From Chrysomallon squamiferum (taxonomy: Eukaryota > Animalia > Mollusca), in the NCBI GenBank assembly GCA_012295275.1, contig CM022667.1, forward strand, positions 9,920,001-9,984,000: DNA of 64,000 nucleotides, given 5' to 3'. The notes below the pieces were generated by a model that saw only the letters and a program-made list of their open reading frames with translations, was not told the origin of the DNA and searched no databases. Positions 1 through 14,360 of this stretch are shown here, in pieces. Each line of letters starts with the position of its first letter. Position 1 is the first letter of the stretch. The position numbers and the translations under genes were made by a program.

Positions 1-477
1 AAACTATTTTTTGTTATTTGTTATTTTTTTTTTTTTTTTGTTTTTATTTTTTTTTTTTTTTTTAGTAACGTTCTTTTTCTTCCTCCTATTCTTGTCCTTC
101 CTTCCTATTCTGTTTCTTCTTTTTCGTCTTGTTTCTTCTCCTTCTTCTTCTTCTTATTATTATTGCTGACTTACTGATTGGTTTACTCTTTTATTATACA
201 TCTAAATGAATTAAAATATATTTTGTAACGAAGGAACTATCGAATGAAAAAATAAATGTAAAAGCATTTTGTAATAAATAAAAATTATATTTCCGACTTG
301 GAGGGAAATAATCATCAAATTGTTTTTCGTTTTTTTTTTTTTTTTTTCGTTTTTTACAAAAAAATACACAAATAAATATTTTTATTAAAATAATTGACTT
401 ATTTACTGATTTATGTTTTATATTATTTATTATATTATTAAAAAAAAAAAAAAAATTGTACCACCGAAACACACTTT

Positions 478-556
<79 letters not shown>

Positions 557-1409
557 GTTTTTGTCTCTGTCTCTTCTTCTCTCTTTCAAGAAAAAAAAAG
601 AATCTTGTATCACACTGCGTGATAAGGATTTGATGAAAAACTGTGAATAATTGCTGACCTAATTCTCAATCGTTCGTTCTGGATATCACTGAGTTTTTGT
701 TAACATCAGTTGAACTGTTTAGACTGAGACTAACCCATTGATTTATCTCTTCTTCTTTTCTTTTTTTCCTTAACGCATACTTGAATTAATTATTTAAAGA
801 TCTAAGGTTGTCAAATAGAGCAGTCCAAACAGGTAAAACTAGTTAAAGAGGTCACCGTGGTTTTAAATCATCACACGCACTTCGGCAATTGAAATGTTGT
901 AGTGGTTGTCGTTGTGGTGATAGTAGTAGTGTTAATATTATCAACAGTGACTGTAGTGGTAGTACAGTACTCGTAGTTATCGTCGTAACGACGGTGTTGT
1001 AGTAGCAGTTCTAGAAGTAGATGATTAACATTTTATTGTCTATTTTATTTTTTAAGAAGGACGTCCACACTGAAATATCAAATGGTTCGTTGATGCGCGT
1101 TTATATAAACAATTCAAAAATTAATTTTCAGTTTTCTTTCATGTTATTGAACTGTTATTACGTGTCCAAATTGTTTTCTGAAAGAGAACCGAAATTTTAT
1201 CTTCTACGTTATCTTCACAATAATGCCATTTTATGTTTTCACTGTGTGCACATGTATATGACGTAACTTTGGATACAATGACATTGGAGATATGAATGTA
1301 TATGGTCAAATTGGGAAATTGTATGTTCTTATTAATATATATTACCTTTTTGACATTTTTTATTTTTATTTTTATGAAAAGGTTTATTTATTTATGTAAA
1401 AAAAATACT

Positions 1410-1900
1410 TAATTTAATTTTTTTACCAAATGAAACAATGTCACATTCATAAGTTAGAAATCTATATGAGAACGGGGAATAAAAAAAAAAAAAAAAAAAA
1501 AACTGTTTGTAAATTTGAATCAGACTCGTAAATGTTCTTTTGAAGTCGCTCTTAGCTTCTTCGGTTGCGAAAGGGTCCTTGACCCATACACGTAACAACG
1601 AACATTTGCTTACCCAGCCGATCTGTTATTTGGTTACTTCTTAGAATCCAGTCACAGAGTGTATTTAGCCTGCCGGCGATTGACAGCGAGCCGAGTTTCA
1701 TTGTAACAGGTACGTCAAACATAAAATACATTTTTTGTATATTTAAACTGTTCAGATATATTTATTAGCAATAGCGATCTCTTATAGTAATCGATATAGT
1801 ATATTTAGTCGAAATTTCTAGATTAATTGTTACTTGATGATAATTAGAACTTGCGTCCCGTGACTCGTTTAGATTGTAGTTGTAAAATGGCTTCAGGATG
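1410..1900 (+). promoter_or_regulatory. Conserved upstream block of the FucT units (candidate promoter / 5' UTR exon)
   Basis: Visibly homologous to about 12170-12600 and about 17050-17480 (e.g. AACTGTTTGTAAATTTGAATCA and TTAGCTTCTTCGG). A donor-like CAG|GTACGT lies at 1709/1710. Function is inferred. Confidence 0.4.
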
Positions 1901-2110
1901 TATTTCAAGTGAAACAGAAAACACGATCGTGTTAAGATTATATAGAGAGAGAGACCAGAAGGAAGATGTAGTGAGGGACAGATTGATGTTAATTTATGAC
2001 AATAATTATTATGTCTATTGCCGAACAATGTTTCATCCCTAGATTAGCGGGGATTTTTTTTTTTTTTTTTTTTAATCCTTCTCAATGTCTTGGTCATTTA
2101 TAAATAAGAG

Positions 2111-2149
<39 letters not shown>

Positions 2150-2408
2150 AAAAAGACGAAAGGAAAATAACAAATTAAAACAAGGTATGATTTAAATATA
2201 AAAACTTGTTTTTGGAATTCACGACTCTTGTGAATATTTCATGTCATTATTATATTTCACGATTTAATCTCTCTCTCTATCCCATTTTAATATTGTTAAT
2301 AATATGTGTAATATTTATTTGTGTATATCTATCTATGTGTAAAGATATAAGTACACGCGCCTACCTGTGTGTGTATATAATAAGTACTTTCATTTATGTT
2401 TCTACGTG

Positions 2409-2475
<67 letters not shown>

Positions 2476-3105
2476 CAATAATAATAATAATAAAAATAAT
2501 TATAATAATAGCCACCCGTAATATATTAATTTTTCTCTATCTTGGAAATAAGAATTTTCTACTGCTATTTCATTTTTCTTTTCTTTCTTTTCTTTTTTTT
2601 TCATTTTTTTTTTTCTTTTGTTCACTCTAATTTTAGATCTATAACATTGGTTTATTTTTCGAACATTCATAATCACTGAAGTACAAACAACTCTAATCTC
2701 TAGGTATTTGTATGGATGTATATCAATACATAAAAAAAGTATGTAAATCTTTTATTATCAGTTATTTTACAGCGGTAAAAAATTTTTAACAATAATAATA
2801 AAAAATAAATAACAATAAAAAATCATAAAGAAAAGAGAATATATAAATTAATTGTGTCTTTAAAACACATTGTTTAATTTGTTTATTTTTTAATTTTTAA
2901 TTTTATAAAGTTTAAAAAAAAAAAAAAAATTTCAGTGAACAGTAGCAGTCATCTGTTACACTTGAGTAATATACTGAAATAATTTAAGATAAAGTTTCCA
3001 CCCAGTGGTGGATATAAATACAACGCTGTCTATTTAGAAAGGTTAACCTGACATTTCTATTTACACAAGTCAAGGTATGAAATTTTATTAACTGAGCCTT
3101 GTGAT

Positions 3106-3137
<32 letters not shown>

Positions 3138-3202
3138 AGACACACACTCTCTCTCTCAAAACACACACATTTGAGTGAACAAATACACACACACAAAGTG
3201 AA

Positions 3203-3248
<46 letters not shown>

Positions 3249-3319
3249 AAGAAACAGCAGTAGAAAGTTCTTATTTCCAAGATAGAGAAAAGCAGAAAAA
3301 AATTATGTATTACGGGTGG

Positions 3320-3489
3320 TTATTATTATTATTATTATTATTATTATGATTATTATTATTATCATTATTATTATTATTAGCATTATTGTTATTATTATTA
3401 ATATTATTATTATTATTATTATTAATAAAACAGAACATTAGTACAATATTATTTAGTTATTTATACATTTTTATTTAATTATAATTTTA

Positions 3490-3524
<35 letters not shown>

Positions 3525-3704
3525 AATTATTATTACCATTATTATCATCATCATTATTATTATTATTAACATTATTACAAATAATAATAATAGAACAGTA
3601 CATTAGTACAATATTATTTAGTTATTCACTTTTTTATTTAATTATAATTTTTATTTATTATTTTATTATTATTATCATCATTATTATAATTGTCATCAAA
3701 ATCA

Positions 3705-3738
<34 letters not shown>

Positions 3739-4058
3739 AAAACAGAACATTAGTACAATATTATTTAGTTATTCACACATTTTTATTTAATTATAATTTT
3801 CATTTTTATTATTATTATCATTATTATGATTCATCATTATTATTATTATTATTATTATTATTACATTAGTACAATATTATTTAGTTATTTATATTATTAT
3901 TTATTATTATTAATTAAAACATTATTAACATTATTACAAATAATTATTTAGTTATTTATACAATTTTATTTAGTTATTAATTTTTTTATTTAATTATTTT
4001 TATTTATTATTATTTTTATTATTATTATCATTATTATCATCATCATCATCATCATTAA

Positions 4059-4089
<31 letters not shown>

Positions 4090-4516
4090 AATAAAACAGT
4101 ACATTAGTACAATATTATTTAGTTATTTATACTTTTTTTTAATTATAATTTTTATTTATTATTTTTATTTTATTATTATCATCATCATTATCATCATCAT
4201 CATCATTATTATCATTATTAACATTATATTATTATTATTAATAAAACAGTACATTAGTACAATATTATTTAGTTATTTATACTTTTTTATTTAATTATAA
4301 TTTTTATATATTATTATTATTATCATTATTATCATTATCATCATCATTATCATAATCATAAATCATCATTATTATTATTAATATTATTATTTATTAATAT
4401 TTATATTTTTAATTATTAATTTTTATTTATTATTATTTTTATTATTATTATTATTATTATTAATATACATTAGTCAATATTATTTAGTTATTTATCATTT
4501 TTATTTAATTATAATT

Positions 4517-4563
<47 letters not shown>

Positions 4564-4600
4564 TTCATCTATTATTCTGTTAATTATTATTATTACCCTC
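3320..4600. repeat. Compound AT-rich minisatellite
   Basis: The core ACATTAGTACAATATTATTTAGTTATT occurs at 3435, 3600, 3747, 3863, 4101 and 4251, and in degenerate form at 4467. The cores are separated by (ATT/ATC)n tracts of variable length. Confidence 0.85.
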
Positions 4601-5665
4601 CTGAATTTCATTAGTTTTTATTATTTCACTTTGTTATTATTATTATGATGATTATTATTTTTATTATTATTTTTTTCGTAACTCATCTGCACAGTTTGTC
4701 GAGATCATGTAACACCTTCCTGAATTTCATCAAAGTTTCATCTTGTTCACTTTATCAGTTTTCTAAGAAATTAGCTAACCGGGTGCAGTTTAAACAGTTT
4801 CCTTTCCCTCTTCACTTTTTGTTTTGTTTCTCTCTCTCTGTCTACATCTAACTGCTTTACGACCACCTTGCCTTGCAGGTAATTTGAGCCTCTGGTTGAT
4901 AACGAATCCTGTTTATACATTTTTTTTTTTGTTTGGAAATCGAAAATTTTGTGGTTAAAAAAATTAAAATGCAGAGTTTTACCACGTTCACACTGGTCCT
5001 TCATTATGTTACTTTTAATACGTAAGAAAAATTATTTCCCTTCGTTACACTTCGTTAGTTTTCGACAAGTTCCGCAAAAAAGACATCCATATTAACGGCA
5101 GCGCGTTATTTATCCTATCACAAAAGTTGGTGAAATGCCAGTTGGTATCCGATGGTCGCTAGTTCGAATCGTCACCAGTAAGTACACTTTATCGTCTATA
5201 ATTGTTTACTGTTATGCATGGGGCAAATTAATAAATGAATATGAAATAGAGAAACAGACGAACAGACATATAAAAAGAGCAAAAAAAATTAATAAAAAAA
5301 GAATGAAAGAAAGTTAATAAAAGATTATAAACGTACATGTTTCTTTCGTAAATTTCCTCCCACAAATCCTAGATCCACTTTTTCATCTCAACCTTTCAAA
5401 ACCAATTATTTTTAGAGGAATCACTAGACAAGAAAGTGATCCGATCCCTTTAACTTTTTTCCTTTGTCATGTTGCTGCTTTCGCTTAATTTGTTTGTTTG
5501 TTTCTTCAAATCATGAGCATGCATACTTATCCGAAACAAGAATTCATAACAAATTCAGCTTTATAAAGTTTAATGATATTCATTCCTATACATATTTATT
5601 CATTAATTTATTATTATTTTTATTTTTTTTTTTTTTTCAGGACTTCAAATATTTCGACGGCACAA

Positions 5666-6973
5666 ATGATGAAACGAAAAAGTCTAATTTTTTGCCTCGA
5701 ACTGTGTTTTGTTTTCGTAGGCTTCACCTTGTTGATTAAAACTGGCTGGCCTGTTGCGATTAGCAGTAATGTCAGGAAAGTGATTTCATATCAGATCTTG
5801 CCATTAAACCCTTCGAAAACTTCCGTATACCAAGCCTCTCATACAGAGCCAATACTCAGCGTGAACAGAAAAGTCGCAGTAGAAGATTATGAGTTCCAAA
5901 ACAGACACAAACAAGAAAAATTAAACCACAAGGCAGTTTTAGCAGAAAAAGCCTCTGTACACGCCAGTAACAAAATAATTCTGTGGTATATTAAAACAGG
6001 ATACCAGCCTCCAATGGAAGGTTTGGTGCCTTTGCAACACTGCCCGGAAATGAAATGCAGAATGACCTCCAACCGGAAGTACTTAAACCAAAGCTCCGCA
6101 GTCTTATTTACGGCGCAGTTCATTCGTGAAAAATATCCACCTAAAAAATTTCCCGGTCAAGTTTGGATATTTCACAATCAAGAATCTCCGCAAGACAATT
6201 GGTCATTTTTGCCAACTTTCAGATTACCACAGTGGAGGGGGAAATTCAACTGGACAATGGATTATCGAAAAGAGGCCGATATTCTTTCACCGTACGGAAT
6301 TCTAAAAAAGCTACCTGCACGGAAGCAGCGGAACTACACGGAAATAGTGTCAAGAAAAAAGGGACTGATTGCCTGGATGGTGAGTCAATGCTCCTCGGAA
6401 AGTAAACGCGAGCTTTACGTTCGTAAACTTAAAAAATACACCCCAGTGACGGTATTTGGAGGATGTGGTAAGAAGTGTGAGCGAAATAAAGATGATGTAT
6501 GTTTGTCAGAAATTAACAAATACAAGTTTTATTTGGCTTTTGAGAACAGCTTCTGCCCCGATTACATAACAGAAAAATTCTACCGCTTTTTTTCCATCGA
6601 CGTCGTTCTCATTGTTCGGGGAGGCGGAAACTACGCAGCCGAGATACCGAAAGGAACATACATCAACACAGCCGACTTCAAATCCGTCGAAGATCTTGCC
6701 AAGTATCTTACTTATCTAGATAAGAATGATGACAAGTACATTGAATATCTGAAACGCAAAGACGAGTATGAGTCTGTTTTTGAAGCATACAAGACTAAAT
6801 CGAAATATGGATATGTGCATTACGTACATTATCATTACGAACACACGCCATTTTGTGACGTGTGCAAAAGGCTGTGGAACGTGAAAAACTTCACGAAAAC
6901 GTACAGTGACATTGGAGCGTGGTTCGACAGCGGTAGATGTTACAAACCTCCAGATTTAAATCAGATTAATTAA
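5666..6973 (+). CDS. Alpha-1,3-fucosyltransferase (CAZy GT10), copy 1, intact, 435 aa
   Basis: Type II membrane layout: MMKRK, then a hydrophobic TM, then a stem. GT10 motifs include HNQESP, FNWTMDYRKEADI and YKFYLAFENSFCPDYITEKF. A T-tract plus CAG acceptor ends at 5640, so the track's start at 5573 is intronic and the real ATG is at 5666. Confidence 0.95.
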   Translation: MMKRKSLIFCLELCFVFVGFTLLIKTGWPVAISSNVRKVISYQILPLNPSKTSVYQASHTEPILSVNRKVAVEDYEFQNRHKQEKLNHKAVLAEKASVHASNKIILWYIKTGYQPPMEGLVPLQHCPEMKCRMTSNRKYLNQSSAVLFTAQFIREKYPPKKFPGQVWIFHNQESPQDNWSFLPTFRLPQWRGKFNWTMDYRKEADILSPYGILKKLPARKQRNYTEIVSRKKGLIAWMVSQCSSESKRELYVRKLKKYTPVTVFGGCGKKCERNKDDVCLSEINKYKFYLAFENSFCPDYITEKFYRFFSIDVVLIVRGGGNYAAEIPKGTYINTADFKSVEDLAKYLTYLDKNDDKYIEYLKRKDEYESVFEAYKTKSKYGYVHYVHYHYEHTPFCDVCKRLWNVKNFTKTYSDIGAWFDSGRCYKPPDLNQIN

Positions 6974-7323
6974 CAAATAGTTTGTAATTATCTTTTTATT
7001 CTTAAAATGGAACAGAATTTAGGTATTAATAATTAATTTTTTTTTAAACAAATTATTACTAAATATGACAACATGTTGAACACCAAGATGTGTCAGTTGT
7101 CGCCCTTGTCCTTTGCTTCCTAAACTTCTCTTATTAACCGTTTCAGAATTATACATATATACATACATAGTTTTATTTTTTTATTTTTTTATTTTTATTT
7201 ATTTAAAATGAAAAAGCGACTCATTTTGTTTTTGTGTGTGATATGTAGGTATGGTGTGTGCCAATTTTATATCGCTACTTAATTTAAAAAAAATAATAAT
7301 AATAATAATAATAAAAACAAACA

Positions 7324-7354
<31 letters not shown>

Positions 7355-7403
7355 TCTTACAACTCAGTTTCAGGGAGTTGTTTTTCTTATTTTATTTATT
7401 ATT

Positions 7404-7499
<96 letters not shown>

Positions 7500-8037
7500 T
7501 GTATCTCTGTCTCTCTAGGGTGTTATTGTGTATGAGTCAATGTGATGTTTGTATATATTCGGAGTATAACGTATGTTATTTGCTCGTGTACCTAATACTA
7601 TGGTTCAGTTCTTAAATGCACTGTAACATGTTGATTTTTATTATCTCTCAGTGTTATCATTATTTTACGAAATATTGATTTTACAGATATGAAAATACCT
7701 TTTATTTAGCATCGGAATCCTGTTGACATACTGTTGTTTAATTACTTTCTTATTTGTTTTTTCTTTACAACTGACGAAAGCAGATCGCTAAATTCTCTGA
7801 ACTATTTTTATTTATTTATTTATATATTTATTTATTTATTTATGTATTTATTTATGTATTTATTTATTTTATTTTTTTTTTATATTTTTATATATATATT
7901 TTTTATTTTTATTATTTATTTTCCATTTTACTTTAAGAAAAGGATACAACAAAAGAAGCAACAACCGAGGCACATTTGTTGTTGTTGTTGTTGTTGTAAG
8001 CTGCTTGAGTCGCGAGTGTTTTTGTTTCCTCGCTGTC

Positions 8038-8068
<31 letters not shown>

Positions 8069-9649
8069 CAAAAAAGACTCAGCGTAGCTACACGAAAACA
8101 GCGTTCAGAAAAAAACCATGTGATATTCTAATTACATACAAATACATCTGTGCATTTAACTGGCTCTTATAGGCGTCACCTGTAATTTGTTTGCTTTACA
8201 GGTGTGCATTTCAGCTGAAAAGAAAGGCGTATTATTTACTTAGTAATATTCGATGTTCACTAACCATCACTGATTATTCCGGAGTGAAAAAAAAAAAGTG
8301 GGTCAGATGAAATAAGTGAACGGAAAAATTCTTGTCTGCAGTGACTCTAGGCGTTTCTTTTTTTTTTTCATTGAAGTTTTTGTACAAGGATTTTTATATT
8401 ATATCTCTTTTCTGGTGAAAAAGCAAACCAAAAATGCAGAAATATATTTTAAAAATTACCCAATTTCAAAAAAAAAAAAAAAAAAAAAGAAGAAGAAAAA
8501 AATTAAGCTGTTATGTTCTTTTGTGAAACTAGGCTTCTGTATCATCAGGTAGGTCCGCCTATTTTTATACTGTTTACTGGAGAAACAGGTTTTATTTCAG
8601 TTTGATCTTTTTTTTCTGTGTGTGTGTGTGTGTGTGCTAAAAACCGATTAATAGGTTAATGTCTGTCAAACAATGGTAATGTATAGGGTATGTTCTAACG
8701 TATGTACGATATGTTAGTGTAACTTTATATTCTAACTTATTTTATTTATCTTTTTAACAAAACCATTAGTGCTGATATTTCTCAATTAAACAACTGCAGT
8801 GTGCAGGATAGATATGTTGCCAAATGCACATATATTTGTGGAACATACTATTTTGTAGATCCATATTTACATAGAACCTTCCAATGGGATTTTATTTATT
8901 TATTCATCAAAAAAAGAGGGAAAAAATAACGAAAAATCCCCCCAGAAAACCCACCGATTAAAAATAGTATCTGTTTGTAAAACTGCAGTACTGTATAGCA
9001 TGTGTTCCCACAAACGTTTCCATATCTGTAGATTTTTTATATTCTATCTCTTTTCTGATAAACTAAAATGTTATTCTATAGTTTTACGTAGCAATTTCGT
9101 GACTCATCTTTTTAATTAAACAGACTTATTGTTTTATAAATAACTGTAGATATTACTTTGTGAAAGCCAGTTGTCTGATCATCCAAATAGTGCTGACGAT
9201 CTCCACTCATTCATTCATTCATTCATTCATTCATTCACTCATTCGTTTATTTATTCATTCATTTATACATTCATTCACATAAGAATAATACATATGTAAC
9301 TGAGGGACAAGCACCTTGCACAGATAGCATTTATTTGTTTGTAAAATCAATATTAATTCATTTATTTATACCTTCTCCATTCATTCTTCTTTTTTCTTTC
9401 ATTCATTCATCAATTCTTCATTCTCCTTTCATCTTCATTCATTCTTTGAGAATATTCAAGATTAATAAACAAAACGATGATCACTTTGTAAAAATTTATA
9501 TATAAATAAAAACTACTGATAAATAAAAATATGATTTTTCTTGTTGTTTCTTTCCAAATCACGAATATTCACAGATTTATAACAATTATTTCATATTTAT
9601 TCATTCGCTTTTTCTTTATTTCAGGACTTGAAATATTTCGACGGCAGAA

Positions 9650-10917
9650 ATGATAAAACGGAAGGTCTGGCATTGTGCTTCATTTTCGTGACTTTCGTCT
9701 TGTTTATCAGAAGCGACTGGTTTCAGGAGGACAACATGAATACTACTAAATGTTCGAGACTGGATTCCGTCTCTCAACCAGGTCAAATCGAGCCAATATT
9801 CAGAGTGAACAGAAAATCTGTAGTAAAAGATTCTCATTTCCAAGACGAATACAAACAACAAAAACTAAACCACAAGGAAGTTTCAGCAGTGACATCGGCT
9901 GTAAACGACAGTAACAAAATAATTCTGTGGTATGTTAAAACAAGATACCAGCCTCCAATGGAAGGTTTGGTGTTTTTACAACACTGCCCGGAAATGAAAT
10001 GCAGAATGACATCCAACCGGAAGTACATAAATCAAAGCTCCGCAGTCGTATTTGCGGCGCAGCTCATTCGTGAAAAATATCCACCTAAAAATTTCCTGGT
10101 CAAGTTTGGATATTTCACAATCATGAATCTCCTCTAGATGGTTGGTCGAGGTTACCGACGTTTAGATTACCACAGTGGAGGGGGAAATTCAACTGGACAA
10201 TGGATTATCGAAAAGAGGCCGATATTCTTTCACCGTACGGAATTCTAAAAAAGCTACCTGCACGGAAGCAGCGGAACTACACGGAAATAGTGTCAAGAAA
10301 AAAGGGACTGATTTCGTGGATGGTGAGTCGGTGCTCATCGGAAAGCAAACGTGAGATTTACGTTAAAAAACTTAAAAATACACCCCAGTGATGGTATTTG
10401 GAGGATGTGACGGTAAAAAGTGTCACCGAAATAAAGATGATGTATGTTTGTCAGAAATTAACCAGTACAAGTTCTATTTGGCTTTCGAAAACGGTTTCTG
10501 CCCCGATTACATAACAGAAAAATTCTACCTTTTTTTTCCATCGACGTCGTTCTCATTGTTCGGGGAGGCGGAAACTACACAGCCGAGTTACCGAAAGGAA
10601 CATACATCAACACAGCCGACTTCAAATCCGTCGAAGATCTTGCCAAGTATCTTACTTATCTAGATAAGAATGATGACAAGTACATTGAATATCTGAAACG
10701 CAAAGACGAGTATGAGTCTATTTATGAAGCATACAACATGAAGTCGAAAGATGGAAATGTGCATTACGTACATTATCATTATGAACACACGCCATTTTGT
10801 GACGTGTGCAAAAGACTGTGGAACGTGAAAAACTTCACGAAAACATACAATGACATTGGAGCGTGGTTCGACAGTGGTAGATGTTACAAACCTCCTGATT
10901 TAAATCAGATTAATTAA
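9650..10917 (+). pseudogene. GT10 fucosyltransferase copy 2, frameshifted as assembled
   Basis: Colinear with copies 3/4 from the ATG at 9650 to the TAA at 10915-10917. It has a 13-nt deletion after ATGATAAAACGGAA and a stem 9 codons shorter. It also has three 1-nt homopolymer deletions: A5 at 10087-10091, A5 at 10374-10378 and T8 at 10530-10537. The acceptor AG is at 9623-9624. Confidence 0.8.
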
Positions 10918-11121
10918 CAAATAGTTTGTAATTATCTTTTCATTCTGATCATGGAACTGAATTCAAACATTTTTTATTCTTAATTCTGTTTAAAGAAATT
11001 ATTACAAACTATTTTATCCGGATTCCAAGATGTCTCAATTGTCGCCGTTGTGCATAGCTTAGTAAACTTCTCTAATTGACTGTTTCATAATTATACATGC
11101 ACACAGACAGACAGATAGACA

Positions 11122-11156
<35 letters not shown>

Positions 11157-11376
11157 TCATACATACATAGATTCAAGTCTTCTCTAATTCTCTGTTTATA
11201 ATTATTTCGATTTTTTTTTTTTTTGACAAAGTGACTCATTTTGTTCTTTTTCTAACATTTAGGTATGATGTGTGCCAAATTTATATCGCTACTTATTTAA
11301 AAAAAAAATAAAAGTATTCTTGTAAATGAAATTCAGGGGTTTATTTTTCTTATTTTGTTTTATTTCATTTTTTATT

Positions 11377-11464
<88 letters not shown>

Positions 11465-11549
11465 GTTATTATTATTTTGATTTTACAAAATGTGACCATA
11501 AAAGTTGCAGCAGCCGAGAAAGCATTTATTTTTAAGTTTCAGATAGGAG

Positions 11550-11691
<142 letters not shown>

Positions 11692-11961
11692 GTTATTGTG
11701 TTTATGGGTATTTGTTTACATGTGTGAATGTGGTGTTTGAATATGTGTATATATAGGTGAGGTTCGGTGTATAACGTGTATTATTTGCGTGACTACCTAC
11801 TACTATGGTCCAGTTCGTTAATGTAGCATAAGCTGGGGGGGGGGGTTTCTAGTTACGTCTTTTTATTTCAATCTGAAAGCGTTTTGAAACTCCATGAACA
11901 GAATGATAGCAATTCTAATTCTTTTTTTTTCTTTCTTTTTTTACTTCTTATTTATTTCATT

Positions 11962-11996
<35 letters not shown>

Positions 11997-12641
11997 CTTA
12001 TTTATGTATTTATTTATTTATTTACTTATTTATGTACTTATTTATTTATTTACTTATTTATGTATTTATTTATTTAATTTTTATTCATTCATTCATTCAT
12101 TATATTATTATATTTTTTATTTTTTTTTTTTTTTTTTTTTTTTTTGAAATATTACAAAAAATATTTAAATTTAATTTATTACCAATACAAGCGATTTACC
12201 ATTCATACGTTAGAAATCTGTCTGAGAACGACGAATACAAACTGTTTGTAAATTTGAATCAAACTTTTAAGTCACTGTTAGCTTCTTCGGCTGCGAAAGA
12301 GTCCTCGACCTGCACATGTAACACTGACTATTTTACCCAACCGATCTGACTTGCAGTTATGTGGTTAGTTCGTATCATCCAGTGGGAGAGAGTATAGTTA
12401 GCCTGCGGTCGATGAACAGTTGGCAGTGTTACACAGCAACACGTACCTCACACATAAAATATTAATTAGTAATATCGATCTCTTAAAGTACTCGGTACAG
12501 CATATTCAGTAGAAATTTCTAGCTTATTGTCACTTAACGATAATTTATATGTGCACTTTCTGGTATAGTTTTAGTTTTGAATTATGCATTATTAAGATGC
12601 AGTAGAAACCAATAATGAACTCACTGGACAGGAAAGGTATG

Positions 12642-12766
<125 letters not shown>

Positions 12767-13323
12767 TGGATAGATAGATGGATAGAATACTGCTGTTATT
12801 TGGATGAAATCTGTTTACATGGTGAATTGTTTTTCAGAAAATATTTTCTGATAAAAGGGAATTCTGTATGGTGGTATCTGACTGTTACAAGCGTCATCTG
12901 CATTGTGTTTGCTTTACAGGTGTGTATTTCAGTTGAAAAGAAAGGTGTGCTATTTCGGTACAGTATTCGGTGTTCACTAACCATCACTGATTATCCAGGA
13001 GTGTAAAAAGTGGGACGGGTGAAATAAGTAAACAAAACAAAAATCTTGTTTGCAGTGATTCTAGGTTGTTTAATGAAGTTCCTATTCCAGGGATTTTTAT
13101 ATTGTGTCTCTTTTCTGGTGAAAGAAATGTAGAAGGGTACTAAATTAGCGATTACCTAAATTAATTTTAAAAAAAAAAAATAAATAAACTGTTATGTTCT
13201 TTTCTGAAACAATAGTATCGTATAGAGAATTTTCAACATAGAAGTGTCTTTTCTGTCAATTTTGATAATCTTAACTCAAGCAATGTTTATTTGTTTTTTT
13301 CTTGCTCTTTCTTTTTTTTTTCC

Positions 13324-13368
<45 letters not shown>

Positions 13369-14360
13369 TGTGTGAAAAAACGAAAGAAAACGATTAATAG
13401 GTTAATGTCTGTCAAACAATGGTACTGTATAGGGTATGTTCTAACGTACGATAGGTTAGTGTAACTTTATATTCTAACTTATTTTATTTATCTTTTTAAC
13501 AAAACGATTAGTGCTGATGTTTCTGAATTAAACAACTGCAGTGTATACGACAGATATGTTGCCACATATACATATATTTGTGGAACATTTTATTTTGTAG
13601 ATCTCTATTCATACAGCACATTCCGAAGTGATTTTGTTTATTTATTCATTAAAAAATAATAATATAAAAAAAATAAAATAAAAAACGACGATTAATACTA
13701 TTATGTTTTTTAAAATTGTTCTACTTATAGCATATGTTCCCACAAATGTTTCCATATCTATAGATTTTTATATTCTGTCTCTTTTCTGATAACATTAAAA
13801 TGTTATTCTATAGTTTCACGTGGCAATTCCGTGGCTCATCTTTCTAATTAAAGATACTTTCTGTTTTATAAGTAGCTCTAGATATTCCTTTATGAAAGCC
13901 AGTCTTCTGATCTTATACATTCATTCATATGAGAACAGTAGATACATAACTGAGGGTAACAGAAAGAAAACAAACGGACGCGTGTGGCACCTTGTAAGAG
14001 ATAACATTTAAATGTCTGTCAAATGAATAGTAATTTATTTATTTATTTATCTTCCATTTATTCTTCTGTCTTCTTTCATCCATTCTTTGAGAGTATATGA
14101 GACTATTAAAAAAAAAAAAAACACAAAAATCCCACGACTGTCACTTTATAAAAAATTAATATAGGAAAAAAATCCTTCATGACTGTAATATGTATCACAA
14201 GACAAAACTAGAGATAAATAAAACATGATTTGTTGTTGTTGTTTGTTTCCAAATCACGAGATGCTTAATATTCCAGTTCACAGATTCATAACAATTATGA
14301 CACAGTTATTCCTTCGCTTTTTTATTTTCTTTCAGGACTTGAAATATTTCGACGGCAGAA

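Noticed and set aside
3320-4600. CRISPR-like repeat/spacer look of the AT-rich array
   Set aside because: The spacers are ATT/ATC microsatellites of irregular length, the context is eukaryotic, and there are no cas genes.
5135-5183. ATG plus GTAAGT donor as an upstream coding exon of copy 1
   Set aside because: It is phase 1, but the FucT frame needs phase 2 at 5641, and the spliced product stops quickly. At most it is a UTR exon or uORF, and this is unsupported.
5573-5665. 31-aa N-terminal extension of FucT copy 1 in the ORF track
   Set aside because: It runs through the polypyrimidine tract and acceptor (AG 5639-5640); the paralogs start at the position equivalent to 5666.
5887-6123. Antisense ORFs recurring in every FucT copy
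   Set aside because: They are shadows of the duplicated sense CDS and vary in length between copies.
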